The notes: a model not told the origin generated them from the sequence alone. 64,000 nt of DNA from Candidatus Latescibacterota bacterium (GCA_965208125.1 OZ242320.1:3136001-3200000), one strand, 5' to 3'; positions 18,772-28,114 are shown, counted from the first letter of the stretch. Translations and numbers: made by a program.

Positions 18772-18933
18772 AATAGGCGTATAGGAAGTTGCAGGATTGA
18801 AGTTCGCTACATTTCGATGGATTCACGTTTTTTAACTCATCTCATCCACCCATTCTACCGCATACTGTATTTTCTTTTTAAATCGCTCAATCAACTCACG
18901 AAAGGCCAATCGGTCTTAATTTGCCTACGCTAC

Positions 18934-19051
18934 TTATTGCCAATCCTCCCCAGCGACCTGTTTAAGCACGGCTCGGACGAATTGAGCAGACCTGCATAGC
19001 TCAGGCAAGGGTAATGATCGGCGAGGCATTGAGTATCCACCCCTCACTCAC
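18934..19051 (-). pseudogene. DUF3368/PIN toxin remnant with internal deletion
   Basis: GTG start overlapping UPF0175 stop gives VSEGWILNASPIITLA*; shortly after, VRAVLKQVAGEDWQ* resembles the family C-terminus. Confidence 0.65.
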
Positions 19052-19295
19052 TGTTTACTTCCTCTGCTATTTCGTCCACACTATATTGGAATGTTGAAAC
19101 CTCAAACCGGCCCAGTGCCTCAATGAACTCACTGCGGGATAGTCCCGCAATCTCAGCCGCCCGACTTTGAGAAACCTCTCCCATCTCGTACCATTTCACA
19201 GCGGCAGCCAGACGCAATTCCCGGGTGAAATGATTGGGATCTTTCAGTACCGACGAAAGCACATCTTCTGGTAGTTCAAAAGTGACTGTTACCAT
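19044..19295 (-). CDS. UPF0175 family putative antitoxin
   Basis: ELRLAAAVKWYE…VSQSRAAEIAGLSRSEF HTH. Confidence 0.9.
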   Translation of the reverse strand: MVTVTFELPEDVLSSVLKDPNHFTRELRLAAAVKWYEMGEVSQSRAAEIAGLSRSEFIEALGRFEVSTFQYSVDEIAEEVNSE

Positions 19296-19372
19296 GTGAT
19301 TCTCTCCTGATAGACCAATCTATGTTGCGTGTAATCGCCCTACTACAGTCGTATGGTTTCTTAAATATGGAT

Positions 19373-20572
19373 TTAAGACTGCTTTTCTGAAGATTTATCA
19401 GGCGCGAACAAATAAAACAATTGTTCCAAAATCAGGATTCCAATAACCGCATTTTTGCTATTATATTCCGATGGGTCTGAAACTCCGTGTGCTATACTAT
19501 GGCGAGATAACTTTGCCCTTGTCTCAGAAGATTTGAAATTTCTAAAATAAAATTCTTTCAGGTATTCCGAAAACTGATATGGCAAAAGAATACTCAGAGG
19601 TTTTTCTATGTCATCTTGCACCGCAATTTTTCTAAGGTCCTCACCACGAGGATCTCTTGCCCTTTTTTGTAATCCATGTGATCGGATTATACCTTCTATT
19701 TTTGGATATAGTGTTTGTATGCACCCCCTCCAGTCTCCTTCTTTGAATTTCTCAACGCCATACGCTAAATCTTCCCGATGTTCGAGAAAAGAAGATTTGT
19801 TTTTCCACCCATCCAGCATTTTATCACAGCGACCTTGAACGTCTGAGACAACTATATCAACAAATCCATCCTCATCTGGACCAAACTTTGGGTCTTTTGT
19901 CCACTCAATTAACGTATTCAGATTTTCTTCGGACAGTCCAATAAATGGAAACCATCCTTTTTTGTGCAGCGCGGCATGGATTTCTGCCGAAACTCTATGC
20001 CTTTCCTCAAATACAGTATATTCTAATAGACTGCCTAATTGCACTTTGATCTTATATTCACGCTTATGATGAGGAGGCCATAAAGGGGTATGATCAAAAA
20101 AAATTGCTTTTCTCCATCTGTGCGAAAAGACAAATATGATACCAGCATCATTGGGTATATCTATCATATCAGCATCATTGATATCTATGACATTAGCATC
20201 ATTGGGTGTATCCACGACAAGTTCCAACGATTCTATGCCTGCTATATCGCTCTTTCTTATAAGATCTCCTTTTTTCATTGATCCTCTGAGTTTGGCTGAC
20301 GGGATAAATTTTAGCTCGTCTATATAAGCCTGAACCCGGCCATCCGGGTGCGAAACAAAAAGCATGTGATTGGTCTGAGAGGGGTCAACTGAAGAATCGG
20401 AAGGCAGTTTGGATAAAAACTCATCAACAAGACCAGCCAATATCTCAAACTTGTCCCACTCTGAAGAAGTTGCAAAATCCATCACATAAAACGCAGGTTT
20501 TTCTCCTTGCCGTACATTTTCGGCTAGATAGCCTCGAGCTGGATCTTTCAGCGTGAACTCAAATTTAGCCAT
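19373..20572 (-). CDS. Hypothetical protein with C-terminal HEPN-like domain
   Basis: AT-rich; helical C-terminus with KIEGIIR and RHSIAHG (R-X4-H). Confidence 0.6.
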   Translation of the reverse strand: MAKFEFTLKDPARGYLAENVRQGEKPAFYVMDFATSSEWDKFEILAGLVDEFLSKLPSDSSVDPSQTNHMLFVSHPDGRVQAYIDELKFIPSAKLRGSMKKGDLIRKSDIAGIESLELVVDTPNDANVIDINDADMIDIPNDAGIIFVFSHRWRKAIFFDHTPLWPPHHKREYKIKVQLGSLLEYTVFEERHRVSAEIHAALHKKGWFPFIGLSEENLNTLIEWTKDPKFGPDEDGFVDIVVSDVQGRCDKMLDGWKNKSSFLEHREDLAYGVEKFKEGDWRGCIQTLYPKIEGIIRSHGLQKRARDPRGEDLRKIAVQDDIEKPLSILLPYQFSEYLKEFYFRNFKSSETRAKLSRHSIAHGVSDPSEYNSKNAVIGILILEQLFYLFAPDKSSEKQS

Positions 20573-20661
20573 TGTGTCTTTTTTTTTGTTTGTGTAAATG
20601 CGCTCCAAACGGTTTGGCTTTCAGCAATTCTTCCAGTTTATTGGCAAGCCAATTTTTGGCC

Positions 20662-23166
20662 TCACTCTCCCCACACCCTTCCCACCGCATCCCGTATCTT
20701 TTTCTCGAATCGCGCAATTAAACCCCGGTTCGCATCCACCAGTGCCTGTTCGGCTTCGATCTCGGTGACGATGGCTTGTTGAATATCGAGGGATGGGAGC
20801 GGGAATCTAATTTGTTTTATAGCATTGCCATTGAACTGTGGTTGTCCTCCACCAGTCACCAGAGTTTTTGCCTGATCCCAATAAGTATCACTTTGGGTAA
20901 ATGCCCAATAGTAACCTGGATGAACGCGCTCTAATGGAAAGCGGAGTCGAATCAGATAAGAAGCGAAGACCGCCAAATATTCCTCCTCGAATATCATTGT
21001 CTTGCCATAGGTCGCTCCGGTTCGAGCGACGAGGATATCCCCCTTTTCAAGTATTGATTTTTGCGCCTCACTTGTCAAAGTAATGAACTTAGGCTCCTCT
21101 GAACGAAGCGTTCCATCTTCAGAGATGTCTGTAATGCGAACAAATCTGGCATCTCCTTGGTCATCTGCCTTTTCGGTAAAGCCATATTCTGGTTTCGTGA
21201 GTTCTGAAATTGTCACCATCGGCCACTCGGGATCAATCGCAATGTGCGGTTGATAGTTCTCCACCACCGCTCTCGCCCCGTCAATCACTCGCTGATAGCC
21301 CTCTATTTCCGAGACGATTTCCCGCTGCACTTCGAGCGGCGGTAAGGGGATTTGGATACGCTGGATGTCGCTCTTGTTTATTGATGAGAATGCTGATCCT
21401 GTGCTTCCGGTTATTTCTGATTCCAAGCTATGGAGAACATAGAAGATATAGGTCGTGAGTAGCCGACTCCTGATTGGTCTAATGGCGGCGAGTCCCCGTC
21501 CGATACAGATACGCTGTGTTGTTAGGTTGACAGGTCCAACAGGAGCACGCACGGACATGAGAATATCGCCTTTCTCAGCAAATCTTCGCGGGTCCGTCGT
21601 CCATTTTGTGGGTTTCCCGATAAACATTTGTCCAAACTCAGTTTTGCCTTGATAGAACGGCGTCCCTACCCCAGTATCATTGTAGGACTTTCCGGGCGGT
21701 GATTGTCCAGAAATGACTTCCGCCACTTCACCCAATGGTACGATGGGAAATTGCGATAGACGAACTTCACCTCTCCGATACCGCTCTCCGCTCAAGTTAT
21801 ACTCTTCGCTCTCTGCGACTTTTGATTTTTCAACGACGAGTCCGTGTGTGATGGATTTATCGGTTGTGTATTGCGCGTGTGGTTCTGCGACATTTAGTGT
21901 GAGTTGGGGGTCATCTGCTGTTTCGCCTGCTCGCAGTCGTGCGAGATATTCGCAAAGTTCCTCTGCTACTTGCGGCAGGTCGTTCTTGTCAATCTCCCGC
22001 CGTTGTGCGCCCAAATCAAAGCCGTCGTTTTCTACCTTGAGGAAAGCGATGTGGTCGGTCTTTTTCGCCAGTACTTTGTCCAGTATGAGAATGGAAGTCT
22101 TGACGCCTGAGTATGGATTGAACACGCCAGCGGGGAGTGAGACGACGGCGACGAGATATTCTTCCACCAGCATTTTGCGGAGTTGCTTGTGCGCGTTCTG
22201 GCTCTGGAAGATGATGCCTTCGGGTACGATGATACCGGCGCGTCCTGAAGGCGTTAGATGTTCGGCCATGTAATCGACGAATAGCACTTCGCTGCGTCTG
22301 GACTGTACGGAGAATCGGTTGTGCGGACGGATGCCCCCTTTCGGCGACATGAATGGTGGGTTGGCGAGGATTACATCGGCGTATTCGTTCCAATATTCCT
22401 CACTGGTCAGGGTGTCGTATTCAGAGATATGCGGATCGGCAAAACCGTGCAGGTACATATTTACCAGTGATAGGCGTACCATATCGGGTGATATGTCGTA
22501 GCCCTTAAAATTATCCGCCAGTCTCCCCCGTTCATCCGGTGTAAGCGTAATTAGGCCCTGCTCATTGGTGTTGGCTTTGAGTATGTGCTTGTAGGATGAG
22601 ATTAAAAATCCGGCGGTGCCGCAGGCTGGGTCGAGTACGCTTTCGTCTTTTTTGGGGTCGATGATAGTGACGATGAAGTCGATAATATGGCGCGGTGTGC
22701 GGAATTGTCCGGCATCTCCCTGCGAACCGAGTACAGAGAGCAAATATTCGAAGGCGTCGCCGAGTCGCTCGGAGTGGTCGTACTCAAACTCGTCAATGAT
22801 TTTGAGAAAGGCGCGCAGGGTTTCGGGGTCGCGGTAGGGCAAGAAAGCATTCTTAAAGATGTCTCGAAAGAGAAGTGGAATACCGGGGTTTTCTGGCATT
22901 CTGGTAATGGCATCGGCGTAGAGGTTGAGCATTTCGTGTCCACCCAGGCCAGAGCGCATCAGTTTTGCCCAACCGAAACGGGCGAACTCTCCGGCGAAGA
23001 ATTGGCGTTCTCCCCCGAGTTCTTCGCTTTCGGCGTCCAGGTCGTCCATGAATTTGTAGATCAGCGCAATGGTAATTTGCTCAACCTGACTCTTGGGATC
23101 GGGTACTTTGCCCACCAGAATATCGCGGGCGGTGTCAATACGGCGTTTGGTGTCTGTATCGAGCAT
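20662..23166 (-). CDS. hsdM: Type I RM fused HsdM-HsdS (N6-adenine MTase + two TRDs)
   Basis: GQFRTP, DPACGTAGF, NPPF; two S-type repeats ending IPLPPLEVQREIV and FPLPSLDIQQAIV. Confidence 0.92.
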   Translation of the reverse strand: MLDTDTKRRIDTARDILVGKVPDPKSQVEQITIALIYKFMDDLDAESEELGGERQFFAGEFARFGWAKLMRSGLGGHEMLNLYADAITRMPENPGIPLLFRDIFKNAFLPYRDPETLRAFLKIIDEFEYDHSERLGDAFEYLLSVLGSQGDAGQFRTPRHIIDFIVTIIDPKKDESVLDPACGTAGFLISSYKHILKANTNEQGLITLTPDERGRLADNFKGYDISPDMVRLSLVNMYLHGFADPHISEYDTLTSEEYWNEYADVILANPPFMSPKGGIRPHNRFSVQSRRSEVLFVDYMAEHLTPSGRAGIIVPEGIIFQSQNAHKQLRKMLVEEYLVAVVSLPAGVFNPYSGVKTSILILDKVLAKKTDHIAFLKVENDGFDLGAQRREIDKNDLPQVAEELCEYLARLRAGETADDPQLTLNVAEPHAQYTTDKSITHGLVVEKSKVAESEEYNLSGERYRRGEVRLSQFPIVPLGEVAEVISGQSPPGKSYNDTGVGTPFYQGKTEFGQMFIGKPTKWTTDPRRFAEKGDILMSVRAPVGPVNLTTQRICIGRGLAAIRPIRSRLLTTYIFYVLHSLESEITGSTGSAFSSINKSDIQRIQIPLPPLEVQREIVSEIEGYQRVIDGARAVVENYQPHIAIDPEWPMVTISELTKPEYGFTEKADDQGDARFVRITDISEDGTLRSEEPKFITLTSEAQKSILEKGDILVARTGATYGKTMIFEEEYLAVFASYLIRLRFPLERVHPGYYWAFTQSDTYWDQAKTLVTGGGQPQFNGNAIKQIRFPLPSLDIQQAIVTEIEAEQALVDANRGLIARFEKKIRDAVGRVWGE

Positions 23167-23190
23167 GGGACTTCCTTTAAGTCATTATCT

Positions 23191-23775
23191 ATCCACGAAG
23201 GACACTAAGGACACGAAGGGTTATGAAGGGTACAAAGAGTCATCAAGGGTTTTTCTTCGTGCATCTTCGTGTTCTTAGTGGATCATTTTACAAACCGTTT
23301 CCATTCCAGTTTACCATGGCTGCCAAAGTTGATAAGAACACCCACTTTGAAGCCGGTTGCTTTCAGATAGTTGAGAATTTGAGCTTGTTCATTTCCAGAG
23401 AGACGATTAAGTGCTTTGAGTTCAACAATAATCAGGTCAAAACAGATCAGGTCGGCAACGTATTTTTTATTGAGTATCTGGCCTTTGTACCGAACCTGAA
23501 TTGGTTTCTGAGCATCAAATGGTATTCCTCTTGTACTCAATTCGATTTCCATTGCCTCTTGATAGATAGCTTCCAGAAACCCGGGGCCAAGTTCGCGATG
23601 CACTTCAATAGCAGCGCCTACCACAGCGTACACTTCTTCCTTCAAAATCAACTCTGACATATTTCACACGCTCCTTCTCTCCTCCCCCTAAATTGGCTTC
23701 TTGCTCTCTTTCTTCTTCACATCCCCCTTCATGCATCTGGGTGTCCTTTGTGCCCCTTAGTGTCCCTTCGTGGAT
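23191..23775. mobile_element. Candidate GxxExxY cassette bounded by periodic inverted repeats
   Basis: Left end ATCCACGAAGGACACTAAGG (23191) is the inverse of right end CCTTAGTGTCCCTTCGTGGAT (23755-23775) apart from a 1-nt indel; separates hsdR from hsdMS. Confidence 0.55.
23283..23660 (-). CDS. GxxExxY protein (PD-(D/E)XK nuclease-like)
   Basis: LGPGFLEAIYQ, YVADLIC…IIVELKA, QILNYL…LINFG. Confidence 0.93.
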   Translation of the reverse strand: MSELILKEEVYAVVGAAIEVHRELGPGFLEAIYQEAMEIELSTRGIPFDAQKPIQVRYKGQILNKKYVADLICFDLIIVELKALNRLSGNEQAQILNYLKATGFKVGVLINFGSHGKLEWKRFVK

Positions 23776-23784
23776 CATCCCAGT

Positions 23785-26301
23785 TCAAGCAACAAACTGA
23801 TTCAATGACACATAATCTTTGACATACTCAGGAATGAGTGTGCGATACTTCTCTGGCACAGCACGGAAGTCGCGGATAGAGAAGACCGGGTTGGTGGCGA
23901 GTTCTGTGTATGCGCGGTTTTCGATGATGAGACGGATCTGATCGCTGGTGAGGTAAGCTTTGAAATAGGTCTTGAGGGCGGGAATGGAATGGGCGTCTTC
24001 CGGTTTGTTGTCGGCGACAAATTTGTTGAATTCCTCTTCTAATAACTCGTCCTTAGACTTGAAATGTGGGATGAGGTCAAAGACTTTTTCCAATATCTCG
24101 CGCAGGGTCAGACGACGATCTACGGCTGCTGCTTGGCGGAGCTTGTTGAGGGTATAGTATTCCTCGGGCTTATCAAAGACTTCGCGGTTCACATAGTCGA
24201 TTACGCGATCCCACTGTCCGGCTTCAACGGCTTTTACTATGGTTTGATCTTCGCGCACTGTGTCTGCGAATTTGTCGAAGAACATGCGGTCAATTTTCAT
24301 GCCGTCGTAGCCTATGTCTTCTTCGGAAATTTTAGAGAGTAGGTCTTCGCCCGGATACTCGTACACGCCAATAGGTAGGGTTGGGTCAGGGTCTCCTTCA
24401 CTTTTTTTAGTGTGCCTGTACGCAGGTAATTCCAGGATTTCGTCGTAGTTGAATTCGGTTTCGAAGTATTCACAGTTGCCGAAGAAGTCAAAGAGTTTGA
24501 AGGCGGTTTTCTCAGGGTGCGCGATGCGGTCCTTGTGGCTGTCGTCTAAGAGCAGGTCGCGGAAATCGTGCTTTCGCGTGCCGCGGCCTTTGATCTGGAT
24601 GAAGTCTGTGGGTGAGAAGATGGGGCGAAATAAGCCGAGGTTGAGGATATCTGGACAGTCGTAGCCAGTGGTCATCATGCCGACGGTGACGCATACGCGG
24701 GCTTTGCTGGTGCGGTATTGAGGTAGGAAGTTGGCGGTGCCGAGCAGGTTATTATTGGCAAAGTTGATGGTGAATTGTTGTGCGTCCGGTATGAGTGATG
24801 TGACCTGTACGGCGAAGTCGGACTGGTACTTGCCGGGAAACATCCGATGGGCCATTTCGTTGAGTATGTTGGTTAAGTGGGCGGCGTGGTTCTGGCTGAC
24901 GGCGAAGATGATGGACTTGCCAATTTCACCGCTGACGGGATCGCGCAGGGCGTTTTCGAGAAAGGTTTTGCAGAAAAGCACGTTGGTGGCGTTGGAAAAA
25001 AATCGTTTCTCGAACTCGCGCTGTTTGTAGGTTTCCTCGTGGTCTTCGCCCTCGGTATCGGTGAACGAGACGACGAAGCCTTGCTCAGAGAGGAGTTGTG
25101 TTGTGACATCGGTGCGAGCGTCAACAACGGTTGGGTTGATTAAGACGTTATCTTTTACCCCATCGAGTAGGGAATAGCGAAAGGTGGGTTGTCCGCTCTC
25201 GCATCCAAAGGTGCGGTAAGTGTCGAGTAGCAGACGCCGTTCAATCTCGCGCGGGTCGCGTATTGCTGGGTCAGATGTTTTGACGCCGCGCAGATAGTCG
25301 CGGGGTGTTGCGGTCAGGCCGAGTTTGTATCCGACGAAATAGTCGAATACGGCACGGGCATTGCCCGAGATGGAGCGATGTGCCTCGTCGGAGATGACGA
25401 AATCGAAATCCGTGGGTGAGAAGATTTTCTGGTACTTGTTGTCGAATTGGAAGGATTGGACCGTGCTGACCACAATCTCGGCTCGTCGCCAGTCATCGCG
25501 GTTCTCTTTGTAAATGACTGTCTCAAAATCGGCTGAGAGCAATTCGGTGAAGACCTTTTTGGCCTGGTCTTCCAATTCGAGGCGATCTACCAGGAAGAGC
25601 ACGCGGTTGGCATTGCCAGAACGCAGGAATAGCTTGATGATGGCGGCAGCGGTGAGTGTCTTGCCCGTGCCAGTAGCCATTTCAAATAGGAAGCGGTCTT
25701 TGCCGTCCTTCACGGCGCGTTGCAGGGCGTGGACGGCTTGTAATTGATATGAGCGGAGGAAGCGCAGTTTGTTGGCGTTAATGAAGGCGGAGCGTTCGGC
25801 TTCGTTTTTCCATGCGGCTTCTGACACATAGTTGGGGCGTTGGGTGAGGACGATGTAGTCGTCGCTGACACGTTCATCTATCAGACGTTGCGGATTGGGC
25901 GCTGTCTTCTGGTAGCCTGTGACTGAATCCGGCGTTGGGAATGCAGTGATGATGTAGGGGTTGCCCCGGTCGAGGTCCCAGAAGTAGTGGAGATTTCCGT
26001 TGGAGAGGATAACGAAGCGGCAGTTCTGTGAGCGAGCGTACTTTCGCGCCTGTTCCTTTCCCGCCAGTGGCTGTTTCTCTTCTGCCTTGGCTTCCAGTAC
26101 GATGAGCGGAAATCCCCTGTCGTCCAGCAAGAGAAAGTCGATATATCCTTTGCGGGCTTTCTCGAAGTTGTCGCCGAGGGTGTTAATCTCAACACCCGCT
26201 TCGAGACGAATATTGGCGGGTTTGTCTCCTTCGTCAAAAAATCGCCATCCCGCTGATTCGAGTAGTTTATTGATTTTTAACCGTGCAGTAGCTTCGTTCA
26301 T
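23785..26301 (-). CDS. hsdR: Type I restriction enzyme R subunit (EcoEI/EcoKI-like)
   Basis: IDFLL…LEAK nuclease motif, MATGTGKT, DEAH, LTATP, QIKGRGTR. Confidence 0.92.
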   Translation of the reverse strand: MNEATARLKINKLLESAGWRFFDEGDKPANIRLEAGVEINTLGDNFEKARKGYIDFLLLDDRGFPLIVLEAKAEEKQPLAGKEQARKYARSQNCRFVILSNGNLHYFWDLDRGNPYIITAFPTPDSVTGYQKTAPNPQRLIDERVSDDYIVLTQRPNYVSEAAWKNEAERSAFINANKLRFLRSYQLQAVHALQRAVKDGKDRFLFEMATGTGKTLTAAAIIKLFLRSGNANRVLFLVDRLELEDQAKKVFTELLSADFETVIYKENRDDWRRAEIVVSTVQSFQFDNKYQKIFSPTDFDFVISDEAHRSISGNARAVFDYFVGYKLGLTATPRDYLRGVKTSDPAIRDPREIERRLLLDTYRTFGCESGQPTFRYSLLDGVKDNVLINPTVVDARTDVTTQLLSEQGFVVSFTDTEGEDHEETYKQREFEKRFFSNATNVLFCKTFLENALRDPVSGEIGKSIIFAVSQNHAAHLTNILNEMAHRMFPGKYQSDFAVQVTSLIPDAQQFTINFANNNLLGTANFLPQYRTSKARVCVTVGMMTTGYDCPDILNLGLFRPIFSPTDFIQIKGRGTRKHDFRDLLLDDSHKDRIAHPEKTAFKLFDFFGNCEYFETEFNYDEILELPAYRHTKKSEGDPDPTLPIGVYEYPGEDLLSKISEEDIGYDGMKIDRMFFDKFADTVREDQTIVKAVEAGQWDRVIDYVNREVFDKPEEYYTLNKLRQAAAVDRRLTLREILEKVFDLIPHFKSKDELLEEEFNKFVADNKPEDAHSIPALKTYFKAYLTSDQIRLIIENRAYTELATNPVFSIRDFRAVPEKYRTLIPEYVKDYVSLNQFVA

Positions 26302-26317
26302 GCTGTTCTCTTGTTCA

Positions 26318-27193
26318 TTATCTATCACCCGATAACTCTGCGTAATCAATTTCCAGTGGCTGGGTGATTCGCTTAGCAATTTCCAGGAGGTCGGGTCGGT
26401 TGAGTGGAAAATCTTTCTCCATCTTTCCATCGGGATATACGGTTACTGTGTCTATCCTTTTGATGAATCCCTTTTTGGCTATCGCTCGATTGACCTGGAG
26501 GCCGTCTTTTGAAATTGCCATGCGAGTCTGTAAAATGCGTCCTTCGCCGATAATGCGAAAAAGAAAGCCCAGGATGCCGGATGTTGGGCGGCCTGTAAGC
26601 CCGTTGATCTCATCATAGATAACCCAATTTCCAAAATCCAGCAGTCGATAGGTCATCACCCGCCGATTGGTTACTTTGAGATGCGGCGTCGAGAGCGTAT
26701 CCATGTACGAATACCGATCTGGCCTCCCCGGCTGGTCCTCCCACCAAATTCGCACATTTACTGCCAGTTCGGGCGTTGGGGCTTCCACTATCTCGCGGAT
26801 GACCCGATCTACCCGATAATCTACTTCCATATTCTGTTTGTGTTGATAGGATAACTGCGCGTACTGGGGCATCGCGTCTTCCGCGCGTGCAGTTACTTCC
26901 ATAAATGCCTGAAACCAGTTTTCGTACCCGATAAATAGCGGCAGTCCCTGCGGATTGCGCGCTCTTGCCTTCTGTGCGAGATAAAGGATCATCTCCCCCT
27001 GAAAACGCGCACCATTGGTGGTCGCTGTCGGGTCGTAATTGTCACATTGCCGCATCGCCTCTACGATCTCTGCCCGACTGACCACCTGATACCCCGGACG
27101 CACGTCGTCTGCACATGCTGGCCGGTCCGAAAAAAAGAAAAAACAGAGGAGGGTTGCGATTCTCAACCCTCCAATGTAGTGAAAGCTCGTCAT
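26318..27193 (-). CDS. Hypothetical secreted protein, paralog A
   Basis: 291-aa ORF with signal-peptide-like N-terminus; highly similar to the adjacent gene. Confidence 0.75.
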   Translation of the reverse strand: MTSFHYIGGLRIATLLCFFFFSDRPACADDVRPGYQVVSRAEIVEAMRQCDNYDPTATTNGARFQGEMILYLAQKARARNPQGLPLFIGYENWFQAFMEVTARAEDAMPQYAQLSYQHKQNMEVDYRVDRVIREIVEAPTPELAVNVRIWWEDQPGRPDRYSYMDTLSTPHLKVTNRRVMTYRLLDFGNWVIYDEINGLTGRPTSGILGFLFRIIGEGRILQTRMAISKDGLQVNRAIAKKGFIKRIDTVTVYPDGKMEKDFPLNRPDLLEIAKRITQPLEIDYAELSGDR

Positions 27194-27209
27194 ATTATCT
27201 CTTAATCCA

Positions 27210-28085
27210 TCATCTATCGCCCGATAACTCCGCATACTCAATTTCCAGTGGCTGCATGATTTGTTTTTTCAGTTCTATGAGATCGGACCGGTCGGGTGGG
27301 ACATCTATCTCCATCTTTCCATCGGGATATATGGTCACTGTGACTATCCTTTCCAGGAATCCCTTTCTGGCTGTTACTCGAGAGATCTGGAGGCCGTCTT
27401 TTGAAATTGCCATGCGGGACTGTAAAACGCGCGCCTCGCCAATAATGTGAAAAAGAAAGCCCAGTATGCCGGATGTTGGACGGCCTGTAAACCCTTCCAT
27501 CTCGTCAAAAGCAACCCAATTTCTAAAGTCCAGCAATCGACAGGACATCACCCGCTGATTGGTTACTCTGAGATGTGGGGTCGAAAGCGTATCCATGTAC
27601 GAATACCGATCTGGCTTGCCGGGCTGGTCCTTCCACCAGATTCGTACAGTCACTGCCAGGTCTGGCGTTGGGGCTTCCACTATCTCGCGGATGACCCGAT
27701 CTATTCGATATTCTACTTCTATATTCTGTTTGTATTGATAGAGTAGTTGCGCGTACTGGGGCATCGCGTCTGCCGGGCGTGCAGTTACTTCCATAAATGC
27801 CCGAAACCAGTTTTCGTACCCGATAAATAGCGGCAGTCCCTGCGGATCGCGCTCCTGTGCCTTTCGCGCGAGATAAGATACCACATCTGCCTGGAAACGC
27901 GCACCATTGGTCGTCGCTGTCGGGTCGTAATTGTCACATTGCCGCATCGCCTCTACGATCTCTGCCCGACTGACCACCTGATACCCCGGACGCACGCCGT
28001 CTGCACATTCTGGCCGATCCAGTGTAAAGAAAAAACAAAGGAGGGTTGCGATTCTCAACCCTCCAATGTAGTGAAAGCCCGTCAT
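27210..28085 (-). CDS. Hypothetical secreted protein, paralog B
   Basis: 291-aa ORF; tandem duplicate of 26318-27193. Confidence 0.75.
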   Translation of the reverse strand: MTGFHYIGGLRIATLLCFFFTLDRPECADGVRPGYQVVSRAEIVEAMRQCDNYDPTATTNGARFQADVVSYLARKAQERDPQGLPLFIGYENWFRAFMEVTARPADAMPQYAQLLYQYKQNIEVEYRIDRVIREIVEAPTPDLAVTVRIWWKDQPGKPDRYSYMDTLSTPHLRVTNQRVMSCRLLDFRNWVAFDEMEGFTGRPTSGILGFLFHIIGEARVLQSRMAISKDGLQISRVTARKGFLERIVTVTIYPDGKMEIDVPPDRSDLIELKKQIMQPLEIEYAELSGDR

Positions 28086-28114
28086 GTTATCCCTAATTCG
28101 TTACGCCACGCGAT

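Larger units (their letters stand above)
26318..28085. repeat. Tandem gene duplication, period 892 bp
   Basis: Homologous positions offset by 892 (e.g. 27148 vs 28040; stops at 26318 vs 27210). Confidence 0.9.

Noticed and set aside
20140-20210. AGCATCATTG x3 repeat
   Set aside because: Short in-frame duplication (NDA motif) inside the HEPN-like CDS; no independent function evident
26302-26430. N-terminal extension of HsdR
   Set aside because: Overlaps the paralog A 3' end; the typical start MNEATAR is at 26301
26318-28085. Diversity-generating retroelement TR/VR pair
   Set aside because: Whole-gene duplication, no reverse transcriptase, and differences not restricted to adenines by eye
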